Shown here: piece after piece, positions 18,063 through 27,300 of the stretch
Numbering within the stretch: position 1 is the first letter of the stretch
How the letters are laid out: each line of letters opens with the position of its first letter
Virus record (IMG/VR): IMGVR_UViG_3300045412_000368
DNA: 64,000 nucleotides
DNA from: an uncultured virus (IMG/VR IMGVR_UViG_3300045412_000368)
Taxonomy: Duplodnaviria > Heunggongvirae > Uroviricota > Caudoviricetes
Reading direction: 5' to 3' (one strand)
Notes under the pieces: model-generated
Database searches by the model: none
The model's input: the letters and a program-made list of their open reading frames with translations, nothing else
Told to the model about the DNA's origin: nothing
Translations under genes and position numbers: made by a program

Positions 18063-19933
18063 TGCTTCGTGAGCTGTTTTATAGGCCTCTAAAAGAAGGT
18101 GGTAATATTTGGGATGATGTTAAACCATTTGATCAAAGTCTTGCACCTAGTTTAGAAACAGAGCTTGAACAATATCTACAAGGTACAGGAATTAAATTAT
18201 ATCGTATAGGAAGTGGTGCAACACCTACTCTAGGAGTTATGAGTGGTGATCTTGATGTTATGGTTGATGCCATTGTTGCAGCTAAAGTATTTCAACAACA
18301 AGATGCTAAAGGTGTTAGAGTGGAATTAGAAAAATTTCTACAAGACAAAGGACTTGATACAAAAAAAAGTGGTACCCAAGTTCATGTTAAATTACCATTT
18401 GGACGCAGTTTTTATCAAGTAGATATTAAGGTAGTGCCTAACGCACAACAGGTACATAGATACCATGTCCATGACATACCCAAAGATAGTCCTTATAAGG
18501 GTGTACACAAACAGATGATTATGAATGCTTTAGCCAGCAGTCAAGGTATGTTATGGAGTCCAGATGAAGGCCTTTATGCTAGAGACAATAAAGGTAAAAA
18601 AGCTAATCTTATTAGTACAGATATGGATGAAATTGCACAGAAATTATTAGGTCCAAATAATAGCAGCCGTGATCTTGGCAGTGTAGAAAGTATAATGAAT
18701 GCATTACCGCCTACACAACGACAACAAATTTATACATTAGCCAGTAGTGGACAAAGTTGGAAAACTGTTCCCCTTAAAGGACCTGAGCGTAAATTTTTTG
18801 AAGCAGGGCCAGCTATAGGTCGTAAGTATCAACATATTGAAGACCTTGTGTTTACAAACGGTGCAAATGGTGGATTGCATGCCGTAGAACGTCTTCGTTA
18901 TATGACAGGTGAAGGAGGTAATATTGAACTTAAATGGGATGGAAGTCCTGTTTTATATTGGGGCAAACAAGATGAAGTTTTTTACTTAATTCCTAAAAAT
19001 GCTTGGGAATATCTTAAACGTGGTAAAACAACTACAGCTAATGGAATAACTGCTGCACCACGTAATCCTAAAGATATGCAAGATTTTTTGTTAGGTACTG
19101 GAAAAACTGAGCCTGAACAATTAGCACAACGTAAACAATATGCTAAACAACTTTCCAATTTATGGAGTTTTTTTGAAGAAGCAAGTCCAGAACAAGGATT
19201 TGTTGAAGGTGGCTTACTATTTTATCCTGGTACTAAGCCTAATGGTCAATCTGCTAAACCAATATTTAATACACAATCACAAGAATATGAATTTACTCCA
19301 AACGTAACAACATTCCATGTATCTAAGAACAGTAATTTAGGTCGCCGTATTAGCACAGCCAAAATTATGGTAGCTGTCACAGGTTACTATGATAGTTTAG
19401 GCAGTAATGATGAAAGCAGATTTCCTGATGCAGAAAATTTAAGTACCAGTAATGTTATAGTGCAGGGGACCACTTTTGTCGAGGAACCACCTGCTATAAC
19501 AGAAAATAGTCTTGATCAAATACAAGAATTTATTAGTAATAATGCTAATCAAATTGATAACTTTTTAGCGCCTAAACCAGGCTTAAGTAAACCAGGTGAC
19601 TTATTATATAAATTTTATAATCAAAATCTACGCATTGTAGGTATTAGACAAAAATTTATTGATTGGGTCACAAGAAACACAAGTGCAAAACAAGCACAAA
19701 TTATCTTGCAAGATCGTGCAGGAATGGAGGCTGTACTACAGGCCAGTGAAATGTTAACCAAAGCTAAAATGGAAATGATACAAAACCTTAGTAGTGTAAG
19801 TCATAGTGGTATTAGACAAACTAAGCCAGAAGGCTATGTCAGCGCACATCCAGATAAACTATTTAAGCATGATCTACCTGGACAATTTGTAAAGGCTATT
19901 GATCAGGGTAACTGGGCGCCAAGGAAAGACTAA
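18059..19933 (+). CDS. Fusion of a pol-beta-type nucleotidyltransferase-like domain and an ATP-dependent ligase-like (KxDG) domain
   Basis: IGSG-x9-GDLDV...QVD in the N half; LKWDGSP, VEGGLLF, PEGYV, VK in the C half. Confidence 0.6.
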   Translation: MMLRELFYRPLKEGGNIWDDVKPFDQSLAPSLETELEQYLQGTGIKLYRIGSGATPTLGVMSGDLDVMVDAIVAAKVFQQQDAKGVRVELEKFLQDKGLDTKKSGTQVHVKLPFGRSFYQVDIKVVPNAQQVHRYHVHDIPKDSPYKGVHKQMIMNALASSQGMLWSPDEGLYARDNKGKKANLISTDMDEIAQKLLGPNNSSRDLGSVESIMNALPPTQRQQIYTLASSGQSWKTVPLKGPERKFFEAGPAIGRKYQHIEDLVFTNGANGGLHAVERLRYMTGEGGNIELKWDGSPVLYWGKQDEVFYLIPKNAWEYLKRGKTTTANGITAAPRNPKDMQDFLLGTGKTEPEQLAQRKQYAKQLSNLWSFFEEASPEQGFVEGGLLFYPGTKPNGQSAKPIFNTQSQEYEFTPNVTTFHVSKNSNLGRRISTAKIMVAVTGYYDSLGSNDESRFPDAENLSTSNVIVQGTTFVEEPPAITENSLDQIQEFISNNANQIDNFLAPKPGLSKPGDLLYKFYNQNLRIVGIRQKFIDWVTRNTSAKQAQIILQDRAGMEAVLQASEMLTKAKMEMIQNLSSVSHSGIRQTKPEGYVSAHPDKLFKHDLPGQFVKAIDQGNWAPRKD

Positions 19934-20613
19934 TGAGACTTAGACAACTATTTGAACTAGATCGTACAGGAGAAGGTAATAATGCTATAGTAGGTTGGGG
20001 TAGAGGTATGGGACATAAAGGACATATGATGTTAGCCAGTAGTGTTATAACCTATGCAAATAAACTTAAGGGCGATCCATACTTTGTTGTGAGCAGAACA
20101 TATGGAATAGATGATCCTTTACAGCCAGAAGAAAAATTAGCAATTTATAAAAAGGTATTTCCAGAACAAGGACATATTTTTCAAACTGCTACAGATGAAT
20201 TACCTGATCTAACACGAGTACTGAGTAATTTAAATCAACAAGGTTATAACAATGTAACTGTAATTGTTGGTGCTGATCAGAAACAAGCTTTCCAATATCT
20301 TAAACAATATAACGGAAAACCTAATAAAGCTGGGGATATTCCATTTAAATTTGACAATTTAGATGTTATTTCTCGTCAGGAAACAGGAGACCCTAGTGCT
20401 GGCGAGGGAGGACCACGTGCAACACCAATGCGTCAAGTGCTTATGGATCCATCTAAGAGTGAACAGGAACAATTTACAGTATGGCGTGACGCAATGAGCC
20501 CAGAGATAGATGATGAACAAGTATTGGATCTAATGCGTAAAACCAAACAGCGTATTGAGCAATTTTCTTCTGCTAAATCAAAAAATAAAGCTAAAGAAAT
20601 GCGATTATACTAA
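19933..20613 (+). CDS. HIGH-superfamily (cytidylyltransferase-like) nucleotidyltransferase
   Basis: GWGR-x-MGHKGH, DPL-x3-EK, VIVGAD, RATPMR. Confidence 0.7.
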   Translation: MRLRQLFELDRTGEGNNAIVGWGRGMGHKGHMMLASSVITYANKLKGDPYFVVSRTYGIDDPLQPEEKLAIYKKVFPEQGHIFQTATDELPDLTRVLSNLNQQGYNNVTVIVGADQKQAFQYLKQYNGKPNKAGDIPFKFDNLDVISRQETGDPSAGEGGPRATPMRQVLMDPSKSEQEQFTVWRDAMSPEIDDEQVLDLMRKTKQRIEQFSSAKSKNKAKEMRLY

Positions 20614-20629
20614 ATGCTATAAAATAATT

Positions 20630-20860
20630 ATGACTATACAAGAATTACGTAAACTAGCAGGAATTAATGAATTTAAGGGTTATATAAAATATGATCCTAT
20701 AAATCCATACGGCGGCAGCAATATTAGTGTCACAGGTAATGAAAAAGGCAAATTACAAAAAGAGCATAACATAAAACCAGGCACCAAAGAATGGTTTCAA
20801 TTATGGTTTAGTTTGCCATACCTTACTGGTGAGAAGCCCATAGGTAAAGGTATAAGATGA
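20630..20860 (+). CDS. Hypothetical protein
   Basis: ATG start MTIQELRKLAGINE; IKPGTKEWFQLWF. Confidence 0.7.
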   Translation: MTIQELRKLAGINEFKGYIKYDPINPYGGSNISVTGNEKGKLQKEHNIKPGTKEWFQLWFSLPYLTGEKPIGKGIR

Positions 20861-21234
20861 AAATTAGAGAAATATTAGTTGAGATAAAGCGAGGAAAACT
20901 TACCAAGAGGCAAAAAGAATCTACCCGTGGTATAAGTGTGTATAGCGATGCGGAAAAAGCTAATACTGACTATGTGGCATTTAAACTTGGTCAAGCTATG
21001 GCTAGTACAGATGGAAAAAAAATGCCTAATATAGATGCTAAAAGTTGGTTTGGTAAGGAAAAAACAGTACATCCTTATACAAAAGTGGAACATGAAATGT
21101 TTGTCAAAGCTAGCAAGGCAGTAGGTGCCAAGTATACAGACTTAAACAAAGGCAATATGTGTAGTTTAGAATTAAAAAATACAAATACAGTAAGTCCTAT
21201 AGCCAAACCTAAAAGAAACAAACATGGAATATGA
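20857..21234 (+). CDS. Hypothetical, probable internal head protein
   Basis: MKIREILVE N-terminus; coupled ORF. Confidence 0.7.
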   Translation: MKIREILVEIKRGKLTKRQKESTRGISVYSDAEKANTDYVAFKLGQAMASTDGKKMPNIDAKSWFGKEKTVHPYTKVEHEMFVKASKAVGAKYTDLNKGNMCSLELKNTNTVSPIAKPKRNKHGI

Positions 21235-21458
21235 GAATACGTGAATTATTTGAAACCGCTAGTGAAGGAGCTACAAGTGCAGGTAATATTGCAACAGTAG
21301 CTAATCCTCATATAGCTATAGGTAACGTAAAGCAATATGGTAAGGGAAAAAAGCCTAAACCACCTAAGGTTATTACCCCTCAAAATAAAGATGGAACAGC
21401 TAAAAATGGGCTTGATAGCAATATTAGCTTATTTGGCAAAACAGCATTAAAACGATAA
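21231..21458 (+). CDS. Hypothetical, probable internal head protein
   Basis: MRIRELFETASEGATSAGNIA. Confidence 0.7.
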   Translation: MRIRELFETASEGATSAGNIATVANPHIAIGNVKQYGKGKKPKPPKVITPQNKDGTAKNGLDSNISLFGKTALKR

Positions 21459-21481
21459 ATATTACAAATTCGGAGTAGAAT

Positions 21482-22573
21482 ATGGATCCTATTATGCAGC
21501 AGGCCGCAATGCAAAAACCAGAACTTAATGATGAAGGTAAAATGGCCAAAGCCGACCTTTATAAAACTGCCAAATATGCATTAAAACTATTTAAAATGAT
21601 GGATGATAATGCACAACTAGAAGGTTGGGTGCAGGCCAAAATTACTAAAGCAGCGGACTATATGGCCAGTGTATATCACTACATGGAATATGAAATGAAA
21701 TTCAGTGAGTATGGACAAAAACTTGAAATGAGTGATATGTATACTGCTGAAGAAAAACGTATCCTTAAAAAGAAATTGGTGGAAGCTAAGGTCAAAATGA
21801 AAGAGCTTAAAAAGGTTCAGGCTCAAAAAATAAAGAAAAAAACAGATGAGAGTTCAATGGCTAAACCAGGAGGTGTTGGCTTTACTCCAGAAAAAGCAAT
21901 GCTAGATCCTCGTTATAAAACAGATCCAGCATTTAAAAAAGAAGTAGATACAGCCATGCAAATTGGTGTACAACCGAAACCAACTAATCCTAAATATAAA
22001 GGAGTCGTTGACAATGTTCCAAGTCCCCCAGATGGCGCTACTGCTCCTAAAAATACACAAACACGAGAAGGTAAAAAATTAAGTAAAAAAGACTATGATG
22101 GTGATGGCAAAAAAGAATCACCTAAAGATGAAATATGGGGTGCGCGTGCTAGAGCAGCAGCTAAAGCGGGTAACCCATTTGAAGAACAGCGAAAGGCTGC
22201 TAAACAAAAGAAACAAGGTGGATTGACTGGTCCTAAAAGTGTATTACCTGAAGAAAGTGCAGCAGATGATGAAGGCCCAGAGCCTAAAGGTGGCGGGGGT
22301 CGTAAAAAAGGCAAGGGTTACGACAGTGAAACTAATGTACGCAAACCACCAGAAGGTAAAGTTCCTTTTACCAGTTTCCATCAAGGAAAACAAGGTGATC
22401 AAGCCGCGAGATTACGTGCAACACAAGTTAAAGGTAAATTAGTTAAAGGTCAAGCTCAGAGTGCAAAACAACCAAAAAATTCTATAGATGAAGAAATTAA
22501 TGAAAAAGGCAAGTGTAATCATACTCCTAAAGGAAAGAATTGTCCAAAGCATGGTATGAAAGAATGTATATGA
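21482..22573 (+). CDS. Hypothetical Lys-rich protein, probable internal head/scaffold
   Basis: GATAAATA at 21454; SD GGAG; LEGWVQAKITKA; DYDGDG. Confidence 0.75.
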   Translation: MDPIMQQAAMQKPELNDEGKMAKADLYKTAKYALKLFKMMDDNAQLEGWVQAKITKAADYMASVYHYMEYEMKFSEYGQKLEMSDMYTAEEKRILKKKLVEAKVKMKELKKVQAQKIKKKTDESSMAKPGGVGFTPEKAMLDPRYKTDPAFKKEVDTAMQIGVQPKPTNPKYKGVVDNVPSPPDGATAPKNTQTREGKKLSKKDYDGDGKKESPKDEIWGARARAAAKAGNPFEEQRKAAKQKKQGGLTGPKSVLPEESAADDEGPEPKGGGGRKKGKGYDSETNVRKPPEGKVPFTSFHQGKQGDQAARLRATQVKGKLVKGQAQSAKQPKNSIDEEINEKGKCNHTPKGKNCPKHGMKECI

Positions 22574-23973
22574 ATCTCAAACACTATATTAGAATTATAG
22601 AACAAGCTGAGACTAGTTCTAATAGTCTAATGCCTAATTTAGAAATTGTCACTAAATTAGGTGATAATTTTTTAGCAGTTATGTATGATGGTCAAGCAGG
22701 TGTACAAGATCAATTAAGCGGACAAGTCATACTGCAAACAGGACCTAAATCCTACCAAATAATAAGCATACAAAATGGCCGTTTGTTAACAGACTACGTA
22801 GGCCCTGAAAGTATTGGCCCAGCTGCACAAAAAGCATTAGATAGTATTCCAAAACAACGCCCACGTCCGCCTTCTCCAATGCAAACACAAGAAACTTATG
22901 TAAGTAATGATCAAGTAAGATCAATTGTAAGACGTATGATGGAAGATTCGCGTGTACCACAAAAACCAAGACAAGGTCCACTGCTACCTCAAACTGGCGC
23001 TGGTAAGCATAAAGACAGAAAGAAAGATCAAAAACAAGGCAATGTAAAGCATAAAAATAAAGAATTAGATGAAGGTAAATTTGGTCGTTATAGAGATGAA
23101 GATGATGATAATTTTAGAGATAATGATCGTAATGTAGGAGTGGAAAACGAAAGTAATAATTACGCAGTGTATATAAACGGTAAAATATGGAAAGTTTTTT
23201 CTGACCCTAGAAAGGCGATGAATATCGCCAAAAGTTTACGAATAAAAGGTAAAGATGTAGAAGTCCTTCCTACTGGGGCGCCCCCTTCAATGGCAGAAAA
23301 TTTAAAAAATCCCAAAGATAATCCTTGCTGGAAAGGGTACAAACCTGTAGGTACTAAAAAGAAAGGTGGACGTACTGTTCCTAACTGTGTCCCAAAAGAA
23401 AGTATGGCAGAAGAAAAACAAAAAGGTGTGGACGGTAAAGCCTGCTGGAAAGGCTATAAACGTATGGGTACGAAGAAAAAAAGTGGTCGTACGGTGGATA
23501 ACTGTGTCAAGATGGAAAGTTCTATTGATACTCTAAATACAGTGAATAAATTAAAAGAATACAAATTTACCAGCCTGCCATATACCGGTCAAAAGAAAGA
23601 AAAAAAAGCACCTTACGCATTGGGTAGCAAGCATATAGGCAAAGGTAAAGAAACTAACAGAGCAGGTTTAAGTGGTATGAAGGCAAATACAAAATCTAGT
23701 AATAAACCTGTGGTAAGTGTAGAATCCGTCCCTTCCAAACATAACTATATACAGATGAAAAGCATTAGTGAAAGCATACTAAGAAGTTTTGGTTTGATAG
23801 AAAAAAGTCCACCAGGCTTTAAAGGAACAGTAAAAGCTATGAAGAAACATCCTGAACTTATTAAAGGGAAGACCAAGGATGGTAAGGAAAAAAATCCCTA
23901 TGCTTTGGCATGGCATATGAAGAACAAAGGATATAAAAGTCATAAAAAAGCAGATGGATCAAATAAGGATTAA
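22570..23973 (+). CDS. Hypothetical modular basic protein with two CWKGYK repeats
   Basis: ATGA-coupled start MNLKHYIRIIE; repeated CWKGYK-x3-TKKK-x-GRTV-x-NCV. Confidence 0.75.
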   Translation: MNLKHYIRIIEQAETSSNSLMPNLEIVTKLGDNFLAVMYDGQAGVQDQLSGQVILQTGPKSYQIISIQNGRLLTDYVGPESIGPAAQKALDSIPKQRPRPPSPMQTQETYVSNDQVRSIVRRMMEDSRVPQKPRQGPLLPQTGAGKHKDRKKDQKQGNVKHKNKELDEGKFGRYRDEDDDNFRDNDRNVGVENESNNYAVYINGKIWKVFSDPRKAMNIAKSLRIKGKDVEVLPTGAPPSMAENLKNPKDNPCWKGYKPVGTKKKGGRTVPNCVPKESMAEEKQKGVDGKACWKGYKRMGTKKKSGRTVDNCVKMESSIDTLNTVNKLKEYKFTSLPYTGQKKEKKAPYALGSKHIGKGKETNRAGLSGMKANTKSSNKPVVSVESVPSKHNYIQMKSISESILRSFGLIEKSPPGFKGTVKAMKKHPELIKGKTKDGKEKNPYALAWHMKNKGYKSHKKADGSNKD

Positions 23974-26631
23974 ATGATGAATATGAGATCATTAATAGAG
24001 CGTTTAGATAAGATTGAAAAAAGTTACAAAATTTTAAGAGAAGAGGAAACTAGGTACTACGACGGTGATGGCGTTGATGTTACAGGTAACCCAGTTCCCA
24101 ATGTGCCTCCAGGAAAAGAGGTCCCTAAAACTTATTACACGGATCCAAAATTGGATCCACAAAGTGACGGGGATAGAAATAACGGTCCTGCGCCTATAAT
24201 AAATGTTGAACCAGATGGTACTCGGAGCACAACTTCTCCTCTTGAAAGATCCCAAGAAATCGCTAACGCTAAAATAGATAAAGCCCTTGAACTTTTAAAG
24301 AAAGAATTTCCTTTAGATGTAGACAGTGTAAAAGTAGGACCAGAGAACAATCTTCCAGGTGACACTGCAAGTCCAGCAGATAAATTTGGCAGTCCTAAAG
24401 ATAATGAGACTCCTACAAGTAAATTTGACAGTCCTAAAGATAATCAGACTCCTACAAGTAAACTTGATATCAATCCAAATGATATTAATAAATTTGTAAC
24501 TATACTTACCAAATGTAAGGCTAAACCTGGTGATCCCTTAAGTGAAACACTACTAACAGAATCTTTTGGTTTATTTAGGCTTTTAATGAGTATAAGATCA
24601 GCTCGTTTAAGAGCTGCCTATTTAAAACTTATGGGAATGAATCGTGCTAATAGGACAAGACTTTTTAGGATGAATCCAAGAGGATATAATACAGGTAATT
24701 ATACTCAGCCACAGCAAAATTTTATACAAAGATTTGCCGATAAAGGACAGTCAAGGGGGTCCGTGGATAGAAATAAAATAAGACAAATGGCCGACCAACT
24801 TAAAGATAATCCAAAAGTTGCGCAGGACCTATCTGCCATGCAGTCCAATGGTGGTTTATGGAGTCTTCTTAGTAAAGTAGCCACTGCGGGTACATTAGGT
24901 TTCCTAGGCTATGAGGTAGCTAAAGCATTATTTGGAGACAAAAAACCCCCTGACGATTTAGGGGCACTTGGAGCAGGTGGGGCACTTGGAGGAGGTGGGG
25001 CACTTGGAGCAGGTGGGGCATCTGGTGATCAATCTAGCCTCACTCCACAAACAAAAACTAATTCTCTCATTCCTATAGATACACCTACAAAAAAATCATG
25101 TTTAACTCCACAAGAAATATCTGATCTAGATACTATGGCAGATAAGTGGAAAAACGTAAATGATCCTGGTATTAAGGCATTAGTTGCTGCTTGGGATATA
25201 ACAAAGCCACTAGTTTCTAAAATAAGCGAATCAAAATATAATCCTAGAGACATGAAATCACTTATTGCCCTAGTAGATGATATGGAACATAATAATATAA
25301 ATGAATATACTACTCGTACAATGGAATATGATGACGAGCAAGTAGATGAATTCATTAAAGGTAATGTTCCTCAACAAATAGCAGCATGGAGAAAACATAT
25401 CCAAGATTTTAAAGATAAAGGTATGATGAGAGCAGCTGATGATGCAGAACAAGCTATGAAAAAAGTTCATCCTGATCACAAACAGTATCCTGCTTCTACT
25501 CCTACTCCAGAGTTTAGAGGTAGTATTGCTCGTGCCTTAATGCAGGATATGGGTGTTGATGATCAAGATGTAGAAGATCAACCAGTACCTGAGATTATTG
25601 ACAGCATTAGAAAGATCTTCAACAGAAATAGTGAGGAATATAAGAAAAGACAAGCTCAAGGATTAGAACCCCCAGATGGTTGGTCAGGAGAACCGGGTAC
25701 TTGGATGGGTCCACAAAATATGGTCCCTGTAACAACTACTGACGGTACTCCCGTAAGAGATGGTTCAGGTAATCCAGTGACTAGCTTAGGGCCTGCTCCT
25801 ATAGAACGTAGAGATCGTGTCCTAGCCCCAGCCCCTATAACTAATCACCCTGGAGACGCATCTGATCAAGCAGCGGGTGCAGGCGCTAATGCAATGATTA
25901 GTCAAGCTAATGCGGCAAATGTACAGGAACCTCTTGGAGGTAGTACTGGCATACAGACGACGATTCCTGCACAAGCTTATGCTCCATTGCAGAGGCAAGA
26001 GCAAGAGAAAAAAGAACAACAAAAAATGGCAGCTCTGAACAGAATAGAGACTGAACCTTATCCTGTTGATCAAAAGAAACTTGCAAGATTTAAAGAATTA
26101 CTAAATAAAACTAATAAAATACAACCAGCCCCAGCAGGTGGCAATACTGCGACAAATGCAGCAGCACAAACACCAGCACAAGCAGTACAAACTCAATCTA
26201 CACAGGCCGATGTTAGAAAAGTAGATCAACAAATTGCCGCTCCTAATGATCGTGCTAATGCACCAAGTCAAGGTAGTGACGGTGGTGAAAGGATACGCCA
26301 ACAGCTACAACAAAATCCACAACAACAAAGTGCAGGTAAATTTCCCCAAACAGCCGCAGAAATTAAGGCTTTTCAACAACAACAAGGATTAAAGCCTGAT
26401 GGTTTGATTGGCAAAAGAACATTGGCAGCTCTCAAAAATGCAGGCATTACTCCACCTCCAGGATTTCAACCAGTAGCGGATAAAAAAGTACAGCCTGGTG
26501 GTGGATCTCAAAAGCCTGCTAATCCATTACCAGGTAAAGCTGTTCCTGGAGCCGATATTAGCAAGTATCCGATGCCAGAATCTTTATTAAGTGATGATAG
26601 AATTCTTGCGTTGATAAGAAAAATAAGATGA
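23974..26631 (+). CDS. Large virion-associated protein with C-terminal peptidoglycan-binding domain
   Basis: IKAFQQQQGLKPDGLIGKRTLAAL (PG_binding_1); one hydrophobic Gly-rich segment. Confidence 0.75.
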   Translation: MMNMRSLIERLDKIEKSYKILREEETRYYDGDGVDVTGNPVPNVPPGKEVPKTYYTDPKLDPQSDGDRNNGPAPIINVEPDGTRSTTSPLERSQEIANAKIDKALELLKKEFPLDVDSVKVGPENNLPGDTASPADKFGSPKDNETPTSKFDSPKDNQTPTSKLDINPNDINKFVTILTKCKAKPGDPLSETLLTESFGLFRLLMSIRSARLRAAYLKLMGMNRANRTRLFRMNPRGYNTGNYTQPQQNFIQRFADKGQSRGSVDRNKIRQMADQLKDNPKVAQDLSAMQSNGGLWSLLSKVATAGTLGFLGYEVAKALFGDKKPPDDLGALGAGGALGGGGALGAGGASGDQSSLTPQTKTNSLIPIDTPTKKSCLTPQEISDLDTMADKWKNVNDPGIKALVAAWDITKPLVSKISESKYNPRDMKSLIALVDDMEHNNINEYTTRTMEYDDEQVDEFIKGNVPQQIAAWRKHIQDFKDKGMMRAADDAEQAMKKVHPDHKQYPASTPTPEFRGSIARALMQDMGVDDQDVEDQPVPEIIDSIRKIFNRNSEEYKKRQAQGLEPPDGWSGEPGTWMGPQNMVPVTTTDGTPVRDGSGNPVTSLGPAPIERRDRVLAPAPITNHPGDASDQAAGAGANAMISQANAANVQEPLGGSTGIQTTIPAQAYAPLQRQEQEKKEQQKMAALNRIETEPYPVDQKKLARFKELLNKTNKIQPAPAGGNTATNAAAQTPAQAVQTQSTQADVRKVDQQIAAPNDRANAPSQGSDGGERIRQQLQQNPQQQSAGKFPQTAAEIKAFQQQQGLKPDGLIGKRTLAALKNAGITPPPGFQPVADKKVQPGGGSQKPANPLPGKAVPGADISKYPMPESLLSDDRILALIRKIR
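24381..24458 (+). repeat. 39-bp tandem duplication (2 copies)
   Basis: KFGSPKDNETPTS / KFDSPKDNQTPTS. Confidence 0.9.
24961..25020 (+). repeat. 18-bp repeat GGGGCACTTGGAGCAGGT x3
   Basis: Seen directly. Confidence 0.85.
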
Positions 26632-27281
26632 AAATAAATGAGCTTATTAGACCAACCAATGAAAATACTGCATCTGCACCTGTAGCTCAAACAGTTGGAA
26701 AAGGTTTAGCCAAAAGTATAGGTAAATATGCGATTCCAGGGTTAGGTGTTGCAGCAGGTGCTCAAGACGCCTACGACAGATATAAAAAAGGTGATTATAC
26801 AGGAGCAGCTATATCAGGTATTGGAGCAGCAACTAGTTTAATTCCAGGATTTGGCGGTATTGTGGGTGGCTTAGGTAGTACTGCTGCAAACGCTTTTTTG
26901 GATAAACGAAGAACAGGAAGTTACTTTCCTTCTCCAGAAGAATCAGGAGTAGCTCAAGGTAAGTCCTCATCCTCCTCAACCGTAGCAAGTTCATTCCCAA
27001 ACTTACCATCGAAAGTACCTGTAGCAGCTAAGCAAGTTGGCGGTGCAAGTTATAAAATTAAGCCAGGTGATACGCTAGGAAAAATAGCCGCAGCTAACGG
27101 AACTACCATACAGGCACTTCTATCTGTTAATCCCCAAATTAAAGATGCTAATGTAATAGCAGTAGGTGCAAACCTAACTATACCAAGCAAAGGAGTAGGT
27201 GGTCAAGCAGCAGTGGCTGAATCAGCAACAATACTTGCAGGAGATGAATATATTTTAGCTTTAATTAGGGCATTAAAATAA
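26628..27281 (+). CDS. LysM-domain protein with Gly-rich hydrophobic N-terminal half
   Basis: YKIKPGDTLGKIAAANGTTIQALLSVNPQIKDANVIAVGANLTIP. Confidence 0.85.
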   Translation: MKINELIRPTNENTASAPVAQTVGKGLAKSIGKYAIPGLGVAAGAQDAYDRYKKGDYTGAAISGIGAATSLIPGFGGIVGGLGSTAANAFLDKRRTGSYFPSPEESGVAQGKSSSSSTVASSFPNLPSKVPVAAKQVGGASYKIKPGDTLGKIAAANGTTIQALLSVNPQIKDANVIAVGANLTIPSKGVGGQAAVAESATILAGDEYILALIRALK

Positions 27282-27300
27282 ATAAAAACGGAGAACTTAA

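Noticed and set aside
24381..24458. Possible CRISPR-like repeats (also 29034-29081)
   Set aside because: Only two copies, adjacent or 10 nt apart, with no spacer series and no cas genes
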